A DNA stretch of 64,000 bases from an uncultured Gammaproteobacteria bacterium (GTDB taxonomy: Bacteria > Patescibacteriota > Patescibacteriia > SBBC01 > CAIJZX01). The translations under genes and the position numbers were made by a program. Location of the stretch: contig CAYNGY010000004.1 in assembly GCA_964397195.1 (NCBI GenBank), positions 1,923-65,922 of the forward strand. Reading direction: 5' to 3'. Positions 11,233 to 19,738 of the stretch are shown here, piece after piece; the stretch's first letter is position 1, and each line of letters starts with the position of its first letter. Below the pieces are notes generated by a model that worked only from the letters and a program-made list of their open reading frames with translations, was not told the origin of the DNA and searched no databases.

Positions 11233-12338
11233 TGCCGCCGCTCACTTCTATCCGACTTCAACGGTCGTTTACTCCCCTCCTCATCGGTTTTCTTATTGTT
11301 GGCGCGTTGATATTTGGAGTGGCGCTCCTGTACACCGACGCCACCACCACCATCACGATCACCCCGCTCCAAAAACAGATCACCACAAGTTTCTCCATTC
11401 CCGTTCAAACTGGCTCTGCGGTTGACGAACAAGCGCTTTCGGCAACCATCGCCAACGAGCCGCTGAAAGCTACCGTCAGTGTCCCCGCCTCCGCTGAGGG
11501 CGAATTAGTTGACGCGCACGCGACCGGTACAATGACCGTTCTTAACACCACGAGCACTGCACAGACACTCGCCGCCACCACTCGCTTTCGTTCCACCGAC
11601 GGTATTATCGTCCGCAGCACAAAACGCGTCGACGTCCCAGGTAAGGGACAGGTCGAGGTACCCGTCATCGCCGACCCCATTGGGGTGAGCGGAAATGTTG
11701 CCGCGGGGAAATTCACCATCGTCGCCCTCTGGCCGGGGTTGCAGGCCAGTATCTACGGACAAACATCAGCCGCTATGACAGGCGGCCAGGTTCGACAAGG
11801 CTCAACCCTCAGCGCGGATGACTTGAACGCGGCGAGTACCAAGGCCCGTGAAGAAATAGCTACAACCTTCGGTACATCCTCCTCGGGAACAATCAAGTTC
11901 GTCACCCCAAAATCGGTCACGACAAATCCGGCGGCAAATAAACCAAGTGATTCGTACGCCGTAACGGTCACCATGACGGGAACCACCGTCACCTATAATC
12001 CGAAGGATCTTGAGTCGTTTGTGCGGACAAAATTGGCAAAGGAAGTCCCCACCGGTTTCTTATTGCAATCATTTGAACAGCCAACCATCACCCAAACTAG
12101 CGATCTAGACCTGACCCTGCGCATCGAGGTCAAAGGCTGGGCCGCTCCTGACACGACGGCTGATATCTTCAACGCCGGACTATTCGCCGGGAAGTCTCGT
12201 TCGACGATTACCCAGCTCCTTCTCGAAACTGAGCGGGTCAAGGCGGTCGTCGTCTCCTTTGCCCCCGGCTGGCAAACAACGGCCCCGAACGATCCACAGC
12301 ATATCCGTATCACCTTTACCGACCCGTCGGCGCCTTGA
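11232..12338 (+). CDS. membrane-anchored Thr-rich protein with baseplate-J-like domain
   Basis: TM, then ATGTMTVLN...LAATTRFRS...GVSGNVAAGKFTI...AMTGG, a pattern typical of this family in CPR. Confidence 0.6.
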   Translation: MPPLTSIRLQRSFTPLLIGFLIVGALIFGVALLYTDATTTITITPLQKQITTSFSIPVQTGSAVDEQALSATIANEPLKATVSVPASAEGELVDAHATGTMTVLNTTSTAQTLAATTRFRSTDGIIVRSTKRVDVPGKGQVEVPVIADPIGVSGNVAAGKFTIVALWPGLQASIYGQTSAAMTGGQVRQGSTLSADDLNAASTKAREEIATTFGTSSSGTIKFVTPKSVTTNPAANKPSDSYAVTVTMTGTTVTYNPKDLESFVRTKLAKEVPTGFLLQSFEQPTITQTSDLDLTLRIEVKGWAAPDTTADIFNAGLFAGKSRSTITQLLLETERVKAVVVSFAPGWQTTAPNDPQHIRITFTDPSAP

Positions 12339-12363
12339 CTGGCGGCCAAAACCATGGGACAAT
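12335..12363 (+). promoter_or_regulatory. promoter of T-box/thrS
   Basis: TTGACT-17-GACAAT with TG extension. Confidence 0.65.
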
Positions 12364-12371
12364 CGGCACAG

Positions 12372-12577
12372 AGAGCGCGTTGAACGAACTAGCCTCCCTT
12401 ACCTCGGCCCGACAGGAAGCGTAGACCACGACTGAGAGCCTACGCCGGCAACCGCAAGAGAGCACCACTCGCGAGCGCTACGACAATTCGAAAGTGTCCC
12501 GCCGAGTTCGGGAAAATTGGGTGGAACCGCCCTCCAGAAAAAGGGTCCCAAGCATCAAAAATGATGATTGGTTCTTT
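12372..12577 (+). promoter_or_regulatory. T-box riboswitch (Thr)
   Basis: AG-box-like CAGGAAG, GACTGAGAG distal loop, ACC specifier 12464-66, T-box AATTGGGTGGAACCGC, antiterminator GGG-TGGAACC-GCCCT..AGGGT-CCC, terminator CCAAGCATCA-AAAA-TGATGATTGG-TTCTTT. Confidence 0.9.
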
Positions 12578-12595
12578 ATGTATAACCCCACGTCT

Positions 12596-14359
12596 ATGTC
12601 AGCGTCATCCGCAAAAAAACCTTCGATCGAAACAATTCGACATACCCTCGCCCATCTCTTGGCCCATGCGGTCCTTGACGCCTACCCAACGGCGAAACTC
12701 GGCGTTGGTCCGGCGATCGAAAATGGTTTTTACTATGACTTTGAACTCTCGCGCCCGCTGACCGAGGCCGACCTGAAACCACTCGAGAAACGGATGCGCC
12801 ACTTGATCCAGCAAAACCTGGCCCTGACCAGCGTCGCCGCCAACGACCCGACAGTCACAGCGTACATGGCCCACCAGCCTTTTAAACAAGAACTGCAAAA
12901 AGAGTTTCTCGGTGCGGGACAATCCGTGACCTACTACCAAGTTGGAAAATTTATCGACCTCTGTCGTGGCGGCCATGTCGCCACCACACATGAGATTCCC
13001 GTCGACGCCTTTCACTTGAGCCATGTCGCCGGAGCGTACTGGCGCGGCGATGCCACTCGTCCGATGCTCCAACGCATTTATGGACTAGCCTTCGCCACCA
13101 AGGCCGAACTTGACGCCCATATCGCTCGCCAAGCGGAAGCGAAGAAGCGCGATCACAAAATTCTCGGTCCTCAACTGGATCTCTTCACATTCTCCGAACT
13201 CGTCGGCAGTGGATTACCACTCTGGACCCCGCGTGGAACACTCGTCCGTAATCTCCTTGACGCCTACGTCTGGGAACTTCGTTCGGCGGTCGGCTATGAT
13301 CGTGTCGAAATCCCTCACATCACGAAAAAAGATCTGTACGAAAAGAGTGGCCACTGGCAAAAGTTTCAAGATGAACTATTCAAAATCACCACCCGTGAAG
13401 GCCACGTCTTCGCCATGAAACCGATGAATTGCCCGCATCACACCCAGATCTACAATCGTCGACAACATAGCTACCGCGAACTCCCCCAACGCTACGCCAA
13501 CACCACCATGTGCTACCGTGACGAGCAAAGTGGCGAGCTGGCTGGGATTTCCCGCGCCCGCGCCTTCACCCAAGATGATGCGCACGTCTTTTGTCGCGAA
13601 ATGCAGGTCGAAGACGAGATGCGCAAAATTTGGCATATTATCAACGCCTTTTATAAAGCCTCCGGCTTTGCCCTAAAAGTCCGTCTCTCGCTCCATGACC
13701 CGGCCCACATGGAAAAATACCTCGGCGATGAAAAACGATGGGTCGCGGCGGAAAAACAACTTCGTGCCCTCGCCAGAGCAGAAAACGTCCAGGCACCGGA
13801 AGCAATTGGCGAAGCCGCGTTCTATGGTCCGAAAATAGATTTCATGGCCCAAGACTCAATCGGCCGCGAATGGCAAGTCGCGACGATCCAGCTCGACATG
13901 AACCTGCCGGAGCGTTTCGATCTCACGTGTGTCAACGAAAAAGGAGACCACGAACGAATCGTCATGATTCATGCGGCCATTATGGGATCCATCGAGCGCT
14001 TTCTCTCGATCTTGATTGAACACCACGCCGGCGCCTTCCCGCTCTGGCTTTGCCCGGTCCAAGTTCAGATCATCCCCGTCACCACGAAGCACATGGCGAT
14101 CGGCCGAAAATTACAGAAAACCATCGCCGCCGCCGGACTGCGGGTCGTCCTTGATGAATCGAATGACACTGTCGGATACAAAATTCGCCGGGCGGAAAAA
14201 GAAAAGATCCCGTACATGATTGTCGTCGGCGATAAAGAAAAAAGCTTACGTCAAGTCGCTGTCCGTATTCGCGGAAAGCAGGATGTCAAAAAAGTTACAC
14301 TCACCGCCTGGTTGAAACAACTTCAACGTGCCATTGAAAAAAAATCACTCGCACTCTAG
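12596..14359 (+). CDS. thrS: threonine--tRNA ligase (no N-terminal TGS domain)
   Basis: IRHTLAHLLA, DLCRGGH, GAYWRGD, KPMNCPHH, FTQDDAH, AAFYGPKID. Confidence 0.97.
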   Translation: MSASSAKKPSIETIRHTLAHLLAHAVLDAYPTAKLGVGPAIENGFYYDFELSRPLTEADLKPLEKRMRHLIQQNLALTSVAANDPTVTAYMAHQPFKQELQKEFLGAGQSVTYYQVGKFIDLCRGGHVATTHEIPVDAFHLSHVAGAYWRGDATRPMLQRIYGLAFATKAELDAHIARQAEAKKRDHKILGPQLDLFTFSELVGSGLPLWTPRGTLVRNLLDAYVWELRSAVGYDRVEIPHITKKDLYEKSGHWQKFQDELFKITTREGHVFAMKPMNCPHHTQIYNRRQHSYRELPQRYANTTMCYRDEQSGELAGISRARAFTQDDAHVFCREMQVEDEMRKIWHIINAFYKASGFALKVRLSLHDPAHMEKYLGDEKRWVAAEKQLRALARAENVQAPEAIGEAAFYGPKIDFMAQDSIGREWQVATIQLDMNLPERFDLTCVNEKGDHERIVMIHAAIMGSIERFLSILIEHHAGAFPLWLCPVQVQIIPVTTKHMAIGRKLQKTIAAAGLRVVLDESNDTVGYKIRRAEKEKIPYMIVVGDKEKSLRQVAVRIRGKQDVKKVTLTAWLKQLQRAIEKKSLAL

Positions 14360-15257
14360 GCGCACCATTGTCGTTATCCTGGGCCCGACCTCAAGCGGCA
14401 AATCAGCGCTCGGTATCGCCTTGGCCCGACAATTCAACGGCCTGATTATTTCCGCGGATTCGCGGCAGGTCTACCGCGGACTCAATATTGGTTCCGGCAA
14501 AGTCACCAAGCGAGAACAGCGGCTCGCTCCGCATGTCCTCCTCGATGTCGCCTCACCTCGCCGACAATATTCCGTGGCCCATTTCGTTCGAGATGCACTA
14601 CGCGCAATCAACGCCACCCCAACGACCGTCCCTATCTTTATTGTCGGTGGAACACCCTACTACATCAGCGCCCTACTCGGCGAACAGCAGTTTTCTGATG
14701 TTCCACCAGATCACCACGTCCGTGCCCGCCTAGCCACCAAAACACTCCCCGAACTCCAAAGCGAATTACGACGCCTTGACCCGAAACGGTACCGCACAAT
14801 CGACCGGCTGAACCCTCGTCGTTTGATCCGCGCGATTGAAATCGCCAACGCACATATACCCCCCGAGGGTATGTCTCCGGTCATCGATCGTCGTGATTGG
14901 CGCGTCCTGAAAATTGGACTATCACTCCCCCGTCAAAAACTCTACACCCGCATCGACCGCCGCCTTGATGCGCGTATTCGTCAGGGCATGGTCGCCGAAG
15001 TCCGAGCCCTGCACGAGCGTGGGCTGAGCTGGAAACGTCTTGATGCGTTCGGACTTGAATACCGTTTTATCAGCCGCTTCCTCCGCCATCAATACACCAA
15101 GCCGGAAGCCATCCAATTCCTGAAGGGCGCCATCCACGACTTCACCCGGCGCCAACTGACCTGGTGGCGGAAAGACACCACGATACACTGGATACCCAAA
15201 CCAGACCGCGCTAGCGGCCTCGTTATGCGCTTCCTCCGCGCCTCAGACGCCGAGTGA
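14328..15257 (+). CDS. miaA: tRNA dimethylallyltransferase
   Basis: GPTSSGKS, ISADSRQVYRGLNIGSGK, VGGTPYY, RRQLTW. Confidence 0.95.
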   Translation: MPLKKNHSHSRRTIVVILGPTSSGKSALGIALARQFNGLIISADSRQVYRGLNIGSGKVTKREQRLAPHVLLDVASPRRQYSVAHFVRDALRAINATPTTVPIFIVGGTPYYISALLGEQQFSDVPPDHHVRARLATKTLPELQSELRRLDPKRYRTIDRLNPRRLIRAIEIANAHIPPEGMSPVIDRRDWRVLKIGLSLPRQKLYTRIDRRLDARIRQGMVAEVRALHERGLSWKRLDAFGLEYRFISRFLRHQYTKPEAIQFLKGAIHDFTRRQLTWWRKDTTIHWIPKPDRASGLVMRFLRASDAE

Positions 15258-16730
15258 CTTTTTGAGAACTTCTAACGCCACCTGCGGGTTGGCCTTGCCT
15301 TTCGATTGCTTCATCACCTGCCCGACGAGAAATTGGACCCCGACGGTTTTTCCCGCCCGAATCTCGGCCACCACTTTTTCATTCGCCGCAATGACGGTCG
15401 TCACAATTTCCTGTAACCCCGAGAGGTCACTCATCTGTTCAAGTCCAAGTTCTTTCACGAGCAAATGCGGACCTTTTTTCGTCAGGCGCATCTGTTCATA
15501 GACGGTTTGTGCCGCCGCAGCATTTATCATTCCCTGTCGAAACATCCAGAGCAATCGCGCCATATCGGCGGCCGGGACACTCAGTCCGTGTGTATCGCGA
15601 TGTTCAACAGAAATTTTATTCAATAACCAGTTGGCAATCGCCCGGCGAATATCATTTCCCGTCTCGGCAAATAATCGCGCCGCTTCCTCGGCCGACAGTT
15701 CGGCTTCAGCGTACGCCCGGTATTCGCTCACCACATCTTCAAAATACGCCGCCAACGCCTTATCACGGACCAAAACATCAGCCTGATCGACGGTCAACCC
15801 ATACTGTTCATGAAAACGAGCGCGTCGATCCGCTGGCAGTTCGGGAATAGCCTGTCGAAGTATATCCAACTCGTCGTTGGTAAGTCGTATGGGCGGAATA
15901 TCCGGCTCCGGAAAATACCGATAATCGGCCTCACCTTCTTTGGTTCGCTGTTCTTTTGTGGTTCCGCTCAATTCATCCCAGCCTCGGGTTGATGACGTCG
16001 TCGGGGCCGACCCTTCTTCCCACAGCGCCGACTGCCGAGATATTTCGTACGTTAACGCCGACTCAAGAGCTTTAAAAGAGTTGATATTCTTAATCTCCGT
16101 TTTCGGGTAGAGCGTCGTCTCGCCGACCGGACGGAGCGAAATGTTTGCATCACAACGCAAATGCCCTTTTTCCATATCGGCATCCGAAACTCCAAGGTAT
16201 CGGGCAATCAATTGTAGCTCTTCGGCGTAGGTCCGTGCTTCGAGCGGCGTACGAAAATCCGGCTCACTCACAATTTCCATCAACGGCGTTCCGGCCCGGT
16301 TGAGATCAACCAGGGAATACTTCTGACCGCTCGGGTGAATCAGTTTTCCGGCGTCTTCTTCAAGGTGGAGTCGATGGATGCGAAACGCCCGCAGTTCGCC
16401 ACCAATCGGAACCGTCACCTTGCCCGCAAAGCCAAACGGCAGATCATATTGGCTGACCTGGTAGCCCTTCGGCAGATCCGGATAGAAATACGATTTACGA
16501 TCAAACTTTGAATCTTGGTTGATGGTACAGCCAAGCGCCAATGAGGTCATCACCGCCCAGTCAATCGCCTGTTTGTTCGGTACCGGCAAGGCGCCCGGCT
16601 GACCGGAGCAGACCGGACAAATTGCCGCATTCGGTGCCTGATCGTCGCGATTATCGCATCGACAAAACATCTTCGACGCGGTTTTCAGTTGCACATGGAC
16701 TTCCAGTCCGATAATGGTTTCCAGTTGCAT
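15243..16730 (-). CDS. gatB: Asp/Glu-tRNA amidotransferase subunit B
   Basis: IGLEVHVQL, FDRKSYFYPDLPKGYQ, HLEEDAGK, YRYFPEPD, GQVMK. Confidence 0.97.
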   Translation of the reverse strand: MQLETIIGLEVHVQLKTASKMFCRCDNRDDQAPNAAICPVCSGQPGALPVPNKQAIDWAVMTSLALGCTINQDSKFDRKSYFYPDLPKGYQVSQYDLPFGFAGKVTVPIGGELRAFRIHRLHLEEDAGKLIHPSGQKYSLVDLNRAGTPLMEIVSEPDFRTPLEARTYAEELQLIARYLGVSDADMEKGHLRCDANISLRPVGETTLYPKTEIKNINSFKALESALTYEISRQSALWEEGSAPTTSSTRGWDELSGTTKEQRTKEGEADYRYFPEPDIPPIRLTNDELDILRQAIPELPADRRARFHEQYGLTVDQADVLVRDKALAAYFEDVVSEYRAYAEAELSAEEAARLFAETGNDIRRAIANWLLNKISVEHRDTHGLSVPAADMARLLWMFRQGMINAAAAQTVYEQMRLTKKGPHLLVKELGLEQMSDLSGLQEIVTTVIAANEKVVAEIRAGKTVGVQFLVGQVMKQSKGKANPQVALEVLKKSLGV

Positions 16731-16757
16731 ATCGTCGATATTCTACCGATTTATCGA

Positions 16758-16795
16758 TAAAAAAGAAAGGGGGCCAGCGTTTCCGCCGGACCCCG
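16758..16795 (-). terminator. intrinsic terminator of thyX unit
   Basis: Minus strand GGGGTCCGGCG-GAAA-CGCTGGCCCC followed by TTTCTTTTTT. Confidence 0.8.
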
Positions 16796-16809
16796 TGAAT
16801 CGGATGTAC

Positions 16810-17046
16810 CTAGGTTCGGCGTGACTTCTTCCGCCGACGTCGGCGGGTGCGCTTGAGATCGAGTGCCAACCACCGCAAATGTGCATCTCGGCACTCCTGA
16901 CGCGGACAACGCTTCAAGTGCTCCCACGCGCTGAGGCGGACGCCGGGATGTGACGGTCGCCCATTCACCCCGACCGTCGCGGCCGTCTGGCGGGCCAGCG
17001 CGCAGGTGATGCCACGCTGGACATGTCGGGCCTTGACGTTCCGCAT
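16810..17046 (-). CDS. small very basic hypothetical protein (HxxxCxxxxC, poly-Arg/Lys tail)
   Basis: ATG 2 nt after thyX stop, ends just before the terminator. WEHLKRCPRQEC and KRTRRRRRKKSRRT. Confidence 0.65.
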   Translation of the reverse strand: MRNVKARHVQRGITCALARQTAATVGVNGRPSHPGVRLSAWEHLKRCPRQECRDAHLRWLALDLKRTRRRRRKKSRRT

Positions 17047-17048
17047 GG

Positions 17049-17852
17049 TCAGACCTTGACGTGGTCGGTACGGGTGACGAAGGAACCGTCGGGCAGGGCC
17101 ACGAGCGTGTAGTCGCCGAACATACTCGGCGCTTCCCGCTGCATGATCTTCAGCACCGCGACGGCGACCTTGCGGATCTCGACCTCGGCGTGCTCACTGC
17201 CCCGCAGCTCGATGAAGTGTCGCAGAGCCCGCGCATTCGCCGTGACGAAGATCTTGGTCTCCGTCGCGTTGGGTAGGACCGACCGCGCCGCCTGCCGCGC
17301 CATCTTCCGGCGCAACGTCTTGTCGGTCACGTACTGGAACTTCTCCTCGAGACCGGCCACGAGCAGATCGTAGCCACGTCGCGCGGCGTTGATCGCATGG
17401 GCCCAGATCGCGTGAAGCGCCGGGTCGTCCGCGATCACGTCCGGCTCGATGTAGTCGGAATCGCTCTCGTCCACGTACCGCTGAGAAAGCTGCGAATACG
17501 AGAAGTGACGATGGCGGATGAGCTCGTGGGTGAACGAGCGGGACGCGCCGGTGATCAGGAAGTTCCAGACGCCGTGCTCGAGGACCGAACCGTGTCCGAC
17601 CTCGATCAGGTGCGACATGAACTCCCCATTCGTCTTGCGACCTCGGCCGTACGACATGTAGCAGACCCGTCCGGCGATCTCGGCCAGCTTCTCAGCGCCG
17701 ACCTCCGTGTCCGTCTCCCAGGTCATGCCTTCGTCCGCCAGGAACCGTTCGATGTCCTCGTCGCAGGTGACCTGCTTTCCGACGAGAAACACCTTCGGCT
17801 CACGACTGATGGCCAGTGTTCCGGCGTAGTCACGCTCGAGCTTCGTGTCCAT
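17049..17852 (-). CDS. thyX: FAD-dependent thymidylate synthase
   Basis: AGRVCYMS, GHGSVLEH, RHRHFSYSQLSQRY (ThyX motif), ARSVLPNATET, N.R.LRHF. SD GGAGG before ATG 17852. Confidence 0.95.
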   Translation of the reverse strand: MDTKLERDYAGTLAISREPKVFLVGKQVTCDEDIERFLADEGMTWETDTEVGAEKLAEIAGRVCYMSYGRGRKTNGEFMSHLIEVGHGSVLEHGVWNFLITGASRSFTHELIRHRHFSYSQLSQRYVDESDSDYIEPDVIADDPALHAIWAHAINAARRGYDLLVAGLEEKFQYVTDKTLRRKMARQAARSVLPNATETKIFVTANARALRHFIELRGSEHAEVEIRKVAVAVLKIMQREAPSMFGDYTLVALPDGSFVTRTDHVKV

Positions 17853-17943
17853 GCATCCTCCCCCAACGGTCATCCGTCGCGCAGGTGGTAGATACTGCCT
17901 GTAAGGGGCAACTACTTCACCCCTCTGTTGTGAAGTCGGGAGT

Positions 17944-17973
17944 AGCCTAGCAGAACAACGGCTCCCCGGTCAA
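17944..17973 (-). promoter_or_regulatory. promoter of thyX unit
   Basis: TTGACC-18-TAGGCT with TG extension. Confidence 0.65.
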
Positions 17974-18049
17974 AGGTACTCGACCAAACCTTTTATCATA
18001 ACAACATAAACTGAATTTTTGCTGAAAAAGGTCATTTTTTGGCTAAGAT

Positions 18050-18085
18050 AAAAGGAGTCCCCGGACCGCTGTCGCGGCCCAGGGA
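18050..18085 (-). terminator. intrinsic terminator of tdk unit
   Basis: CCCTGGGGCCGC-GACA-GCGGTCCGGGG then CTCCTTTT. Confidence 0.65.
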
Positions 18086-18103
18086 AGATTCGGATGTGCA
18101 TGA

Positions 18104-18802
18104 TCAGCGTCGCCGGCGCTTGGCCTGTGCCAGGGCCGCGTGGATGAGCTGAGAGGTCTCATTCCAGTCCTCCGGGAGCTCATAGCACGTGTCGCACCGG
18201 GCTTCGTAGGTGATTCCGGCGTTGTTGTACTTCGGGGTGTCCGGCAGGAAGACCGGGTGGAAGCGCGGAACCGGCTGGCCGAACTCGAGTCGCTGCGGAT
18301 ACTCCGCGCCCCAGCGTTCGCACTTCTTACAGCGGGCCTCGAGGAATTCCCGCTGGCCGGGCACCGCGATCAGGTTCGCCATCAACGGGAATGGGACCCC
18401 GCGGAAGTCGACCGGTAACCCGGACAGGAAGAGATTACGACCGGATCGTCGGACGGCCGCCAGCATCTCGAATGCGGCATCTGGCCCCTCGCGAAACGTC
18501 TGCGCGAACTGGACCTCGTCGAAGAAGATGTTCAGCGCATTCGATCGCAGGATATAGCGAGCCATCTGGGTCAGGCTCGACACCGGGATGGTTTCCGGAT
18601 ACTGCGCCTGGATACGACTCTTCACGCCGACCACGGTACGCATCGCCATCCGTGGCTGGAAGAACAAGACCCCGGACCGTTGGTTGGCCGGATCACGCGC
18701 CAGCCCGATCAGTCGGGTGGTTTTACCGGCGGTCATGTTGGCCACGATGATGCGCTGATCACCGAGGGTGTGAGACCGCAACGTTGGGAAGTCCAGCTTC
18801 AT
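18104..18802 (-). CDS. tdk: divergent type II thymidine kinase
   Basis: P-loop ANMTAGKTT, FFDEVQF, GLPVDFRG.PF, CKKC...YEARCDTC Zn site. SD GAGGTG before ATG 18802, TTGACC-17-TAGGGT promoter. Confidence 0.85.
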   Translation of the reverse strand: MKLDFPTLRSHTLGDQRIIVANMTAGKTTRLIGLARDPANQRSGVLFFQPRMAMRTVVGVKSRIQAQYPETIPVSSLTQMARYILRSNALNIFFDEVQFAQTFREGPDAAFEMLAAVRRSGRNLFLSGLPVDFRGVPFPLMANLIAVPGQREFLEARCKKCERWGAEYPQRLEFGQPVPRFHPVFLPDTPKYNNAGITYEARCDTCYELPEDWNETSQLIHAALAQAKRRRR

Positions 18803-18940
18803 AGTGCACCTCACAGAGAAGGACGGTCAGGGACGGACGGCTATGACCCTATCAAATCCCCTCAGTCTGGTCAACGCAAAGACTATATCGATCTGTCGAG
18901 TGACACCCAATACGCATGTCAGCCGAAATGTCACTCAAAC

Positions 18941-18970
18941 AAAAACAAAAACGCCCAACGGGCGTTTTTG
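18941..18970. terminator. terminator after rplA (bidirectional shape)
   Basis: CAAAAACGCCC-AAC-GGGCGTTTTTG. Confidence 0.8.
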
Positions 18971-18983
18971 TGACGATCAGATA

Positions 18984-19661
18984 CTAGGCGGCGATTTTGA
19001 TCCCCGGCCCCATCGAACTAGTCAGGGTCACCGAAGCCAAATATGTTCCCTTCGTTTCCGCTGGCTTGGCTTTCTTGACTGCCTCGAGGAACGCTTCAGC
19101 ATTCGCTTGAATTTGCTCTGCCGAAAATGAGGCCTTCCCAATGATTTGGTGGAGGTTACCCGTTGTATCAGAACGGAAGCTGATTTTTCCGCCGTTCAAG
19201 GCTGTCACCATCGCCGCCGGATCGGCCGTGACGGTTTCGTTCTTTGGGTTCGGCATCAGCCCTTTTGTCCCGAGCGTCTTTGCAATCGGGGCGAGACTTT
19301 TCATCATATCCGGAGTCGCCAAAACGATGTCGAAATTCGTCCGATTCGTTTTTTTGATCTCGGCGATCAAATCGTCGTCACCCACGACCGCAGCTCCGGC
19401 CTCGGTTGCGGCTTTCGCCACGGCGCCCTTCGCAAACACCGCAATGGTCAGCTTCTTCCCGGTCCCGTGCGGCAACGATGCCGTGGCGCGAACCAGCTGC
19501 TCGGCTTTCGTCGGGTCAACACCGAGTCGCACGTGCATTTCGATGCTCGAATCAAACTTGGTGGTCGCGGTCTGTTTCACCAAGGCGACCGCTTCAGTGA
19601 GCGGATAAACCTTCTCCGCCTCGATCAGGCCGTAGGCGGCTTTATAGCGCTTGCTACGCAT
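18984..19661 (-). CDS. rplA: 50S ribosomal protein L1
   Basis: KFDSSIEMHVRLGVDP, LPHGTGK, LGTKGLMPNPK, SSMGPG. Confidence 0.98.
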   Translation of the reverse strand: MRSKRYKAAYGLIEAEKVYPLTEAVALVKQTATTKFDSSIEMHVRLGVDPTKAEQLVRATASLPHGTGKKLTIAVFAKGAVAKAATEAGAAVVGDDDLIAEIKKTNRTNFDIVLATPDMMKSLAPIAKTLGTKGLMPNPKNETVTADPAAMVTALNGGKISFRSDTTGNLHQIIGKASFSAEQIQANAEAFLEAVKKAKPAETKGTYLASVTLTSSMGPGIKIAA

Positions 19662-19674
19662 ATCTGTGTCCTTT

Positions 19675-19723
19675 CGTGGTACAAGCCCCGCCTTCGTGCT
19701 CCATGCACTCCGGCGGGTCCCAC
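19675..19723 (-). promoter_or_regulatory. putative L1-binding leader upstream of rplA
   Basis: Minus strand GTGG-GA-CCCGCC...GGCGGG-GCTTGTA-CCAC: helix, asymmetric loop, helix, directly before the AAAGGA SD. Resembles Firmicutes-type L1 sites. Confidence 0.6.
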
Positions 19724-19738
19724 AAATAGTGAATAAAC

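Noticed and set aside
11232-12338. Prophage, suggested by the baseplate-J-like domain or thyX/tdk
   Set aside because: No terminase, capsid, tail or integrase genes are present, and the flanks are housekeeping genes.
17884-17900. GTATCTACC in the thyX leader as a purine riboswitch
   Set aside because: The order of elements and the P1/P2 features do not match the purine aptamer.
18878-18895. NrdR-box-like ACTATATCG upstream of tdk
   Set aside because: Poor second half-site and no tandem box.
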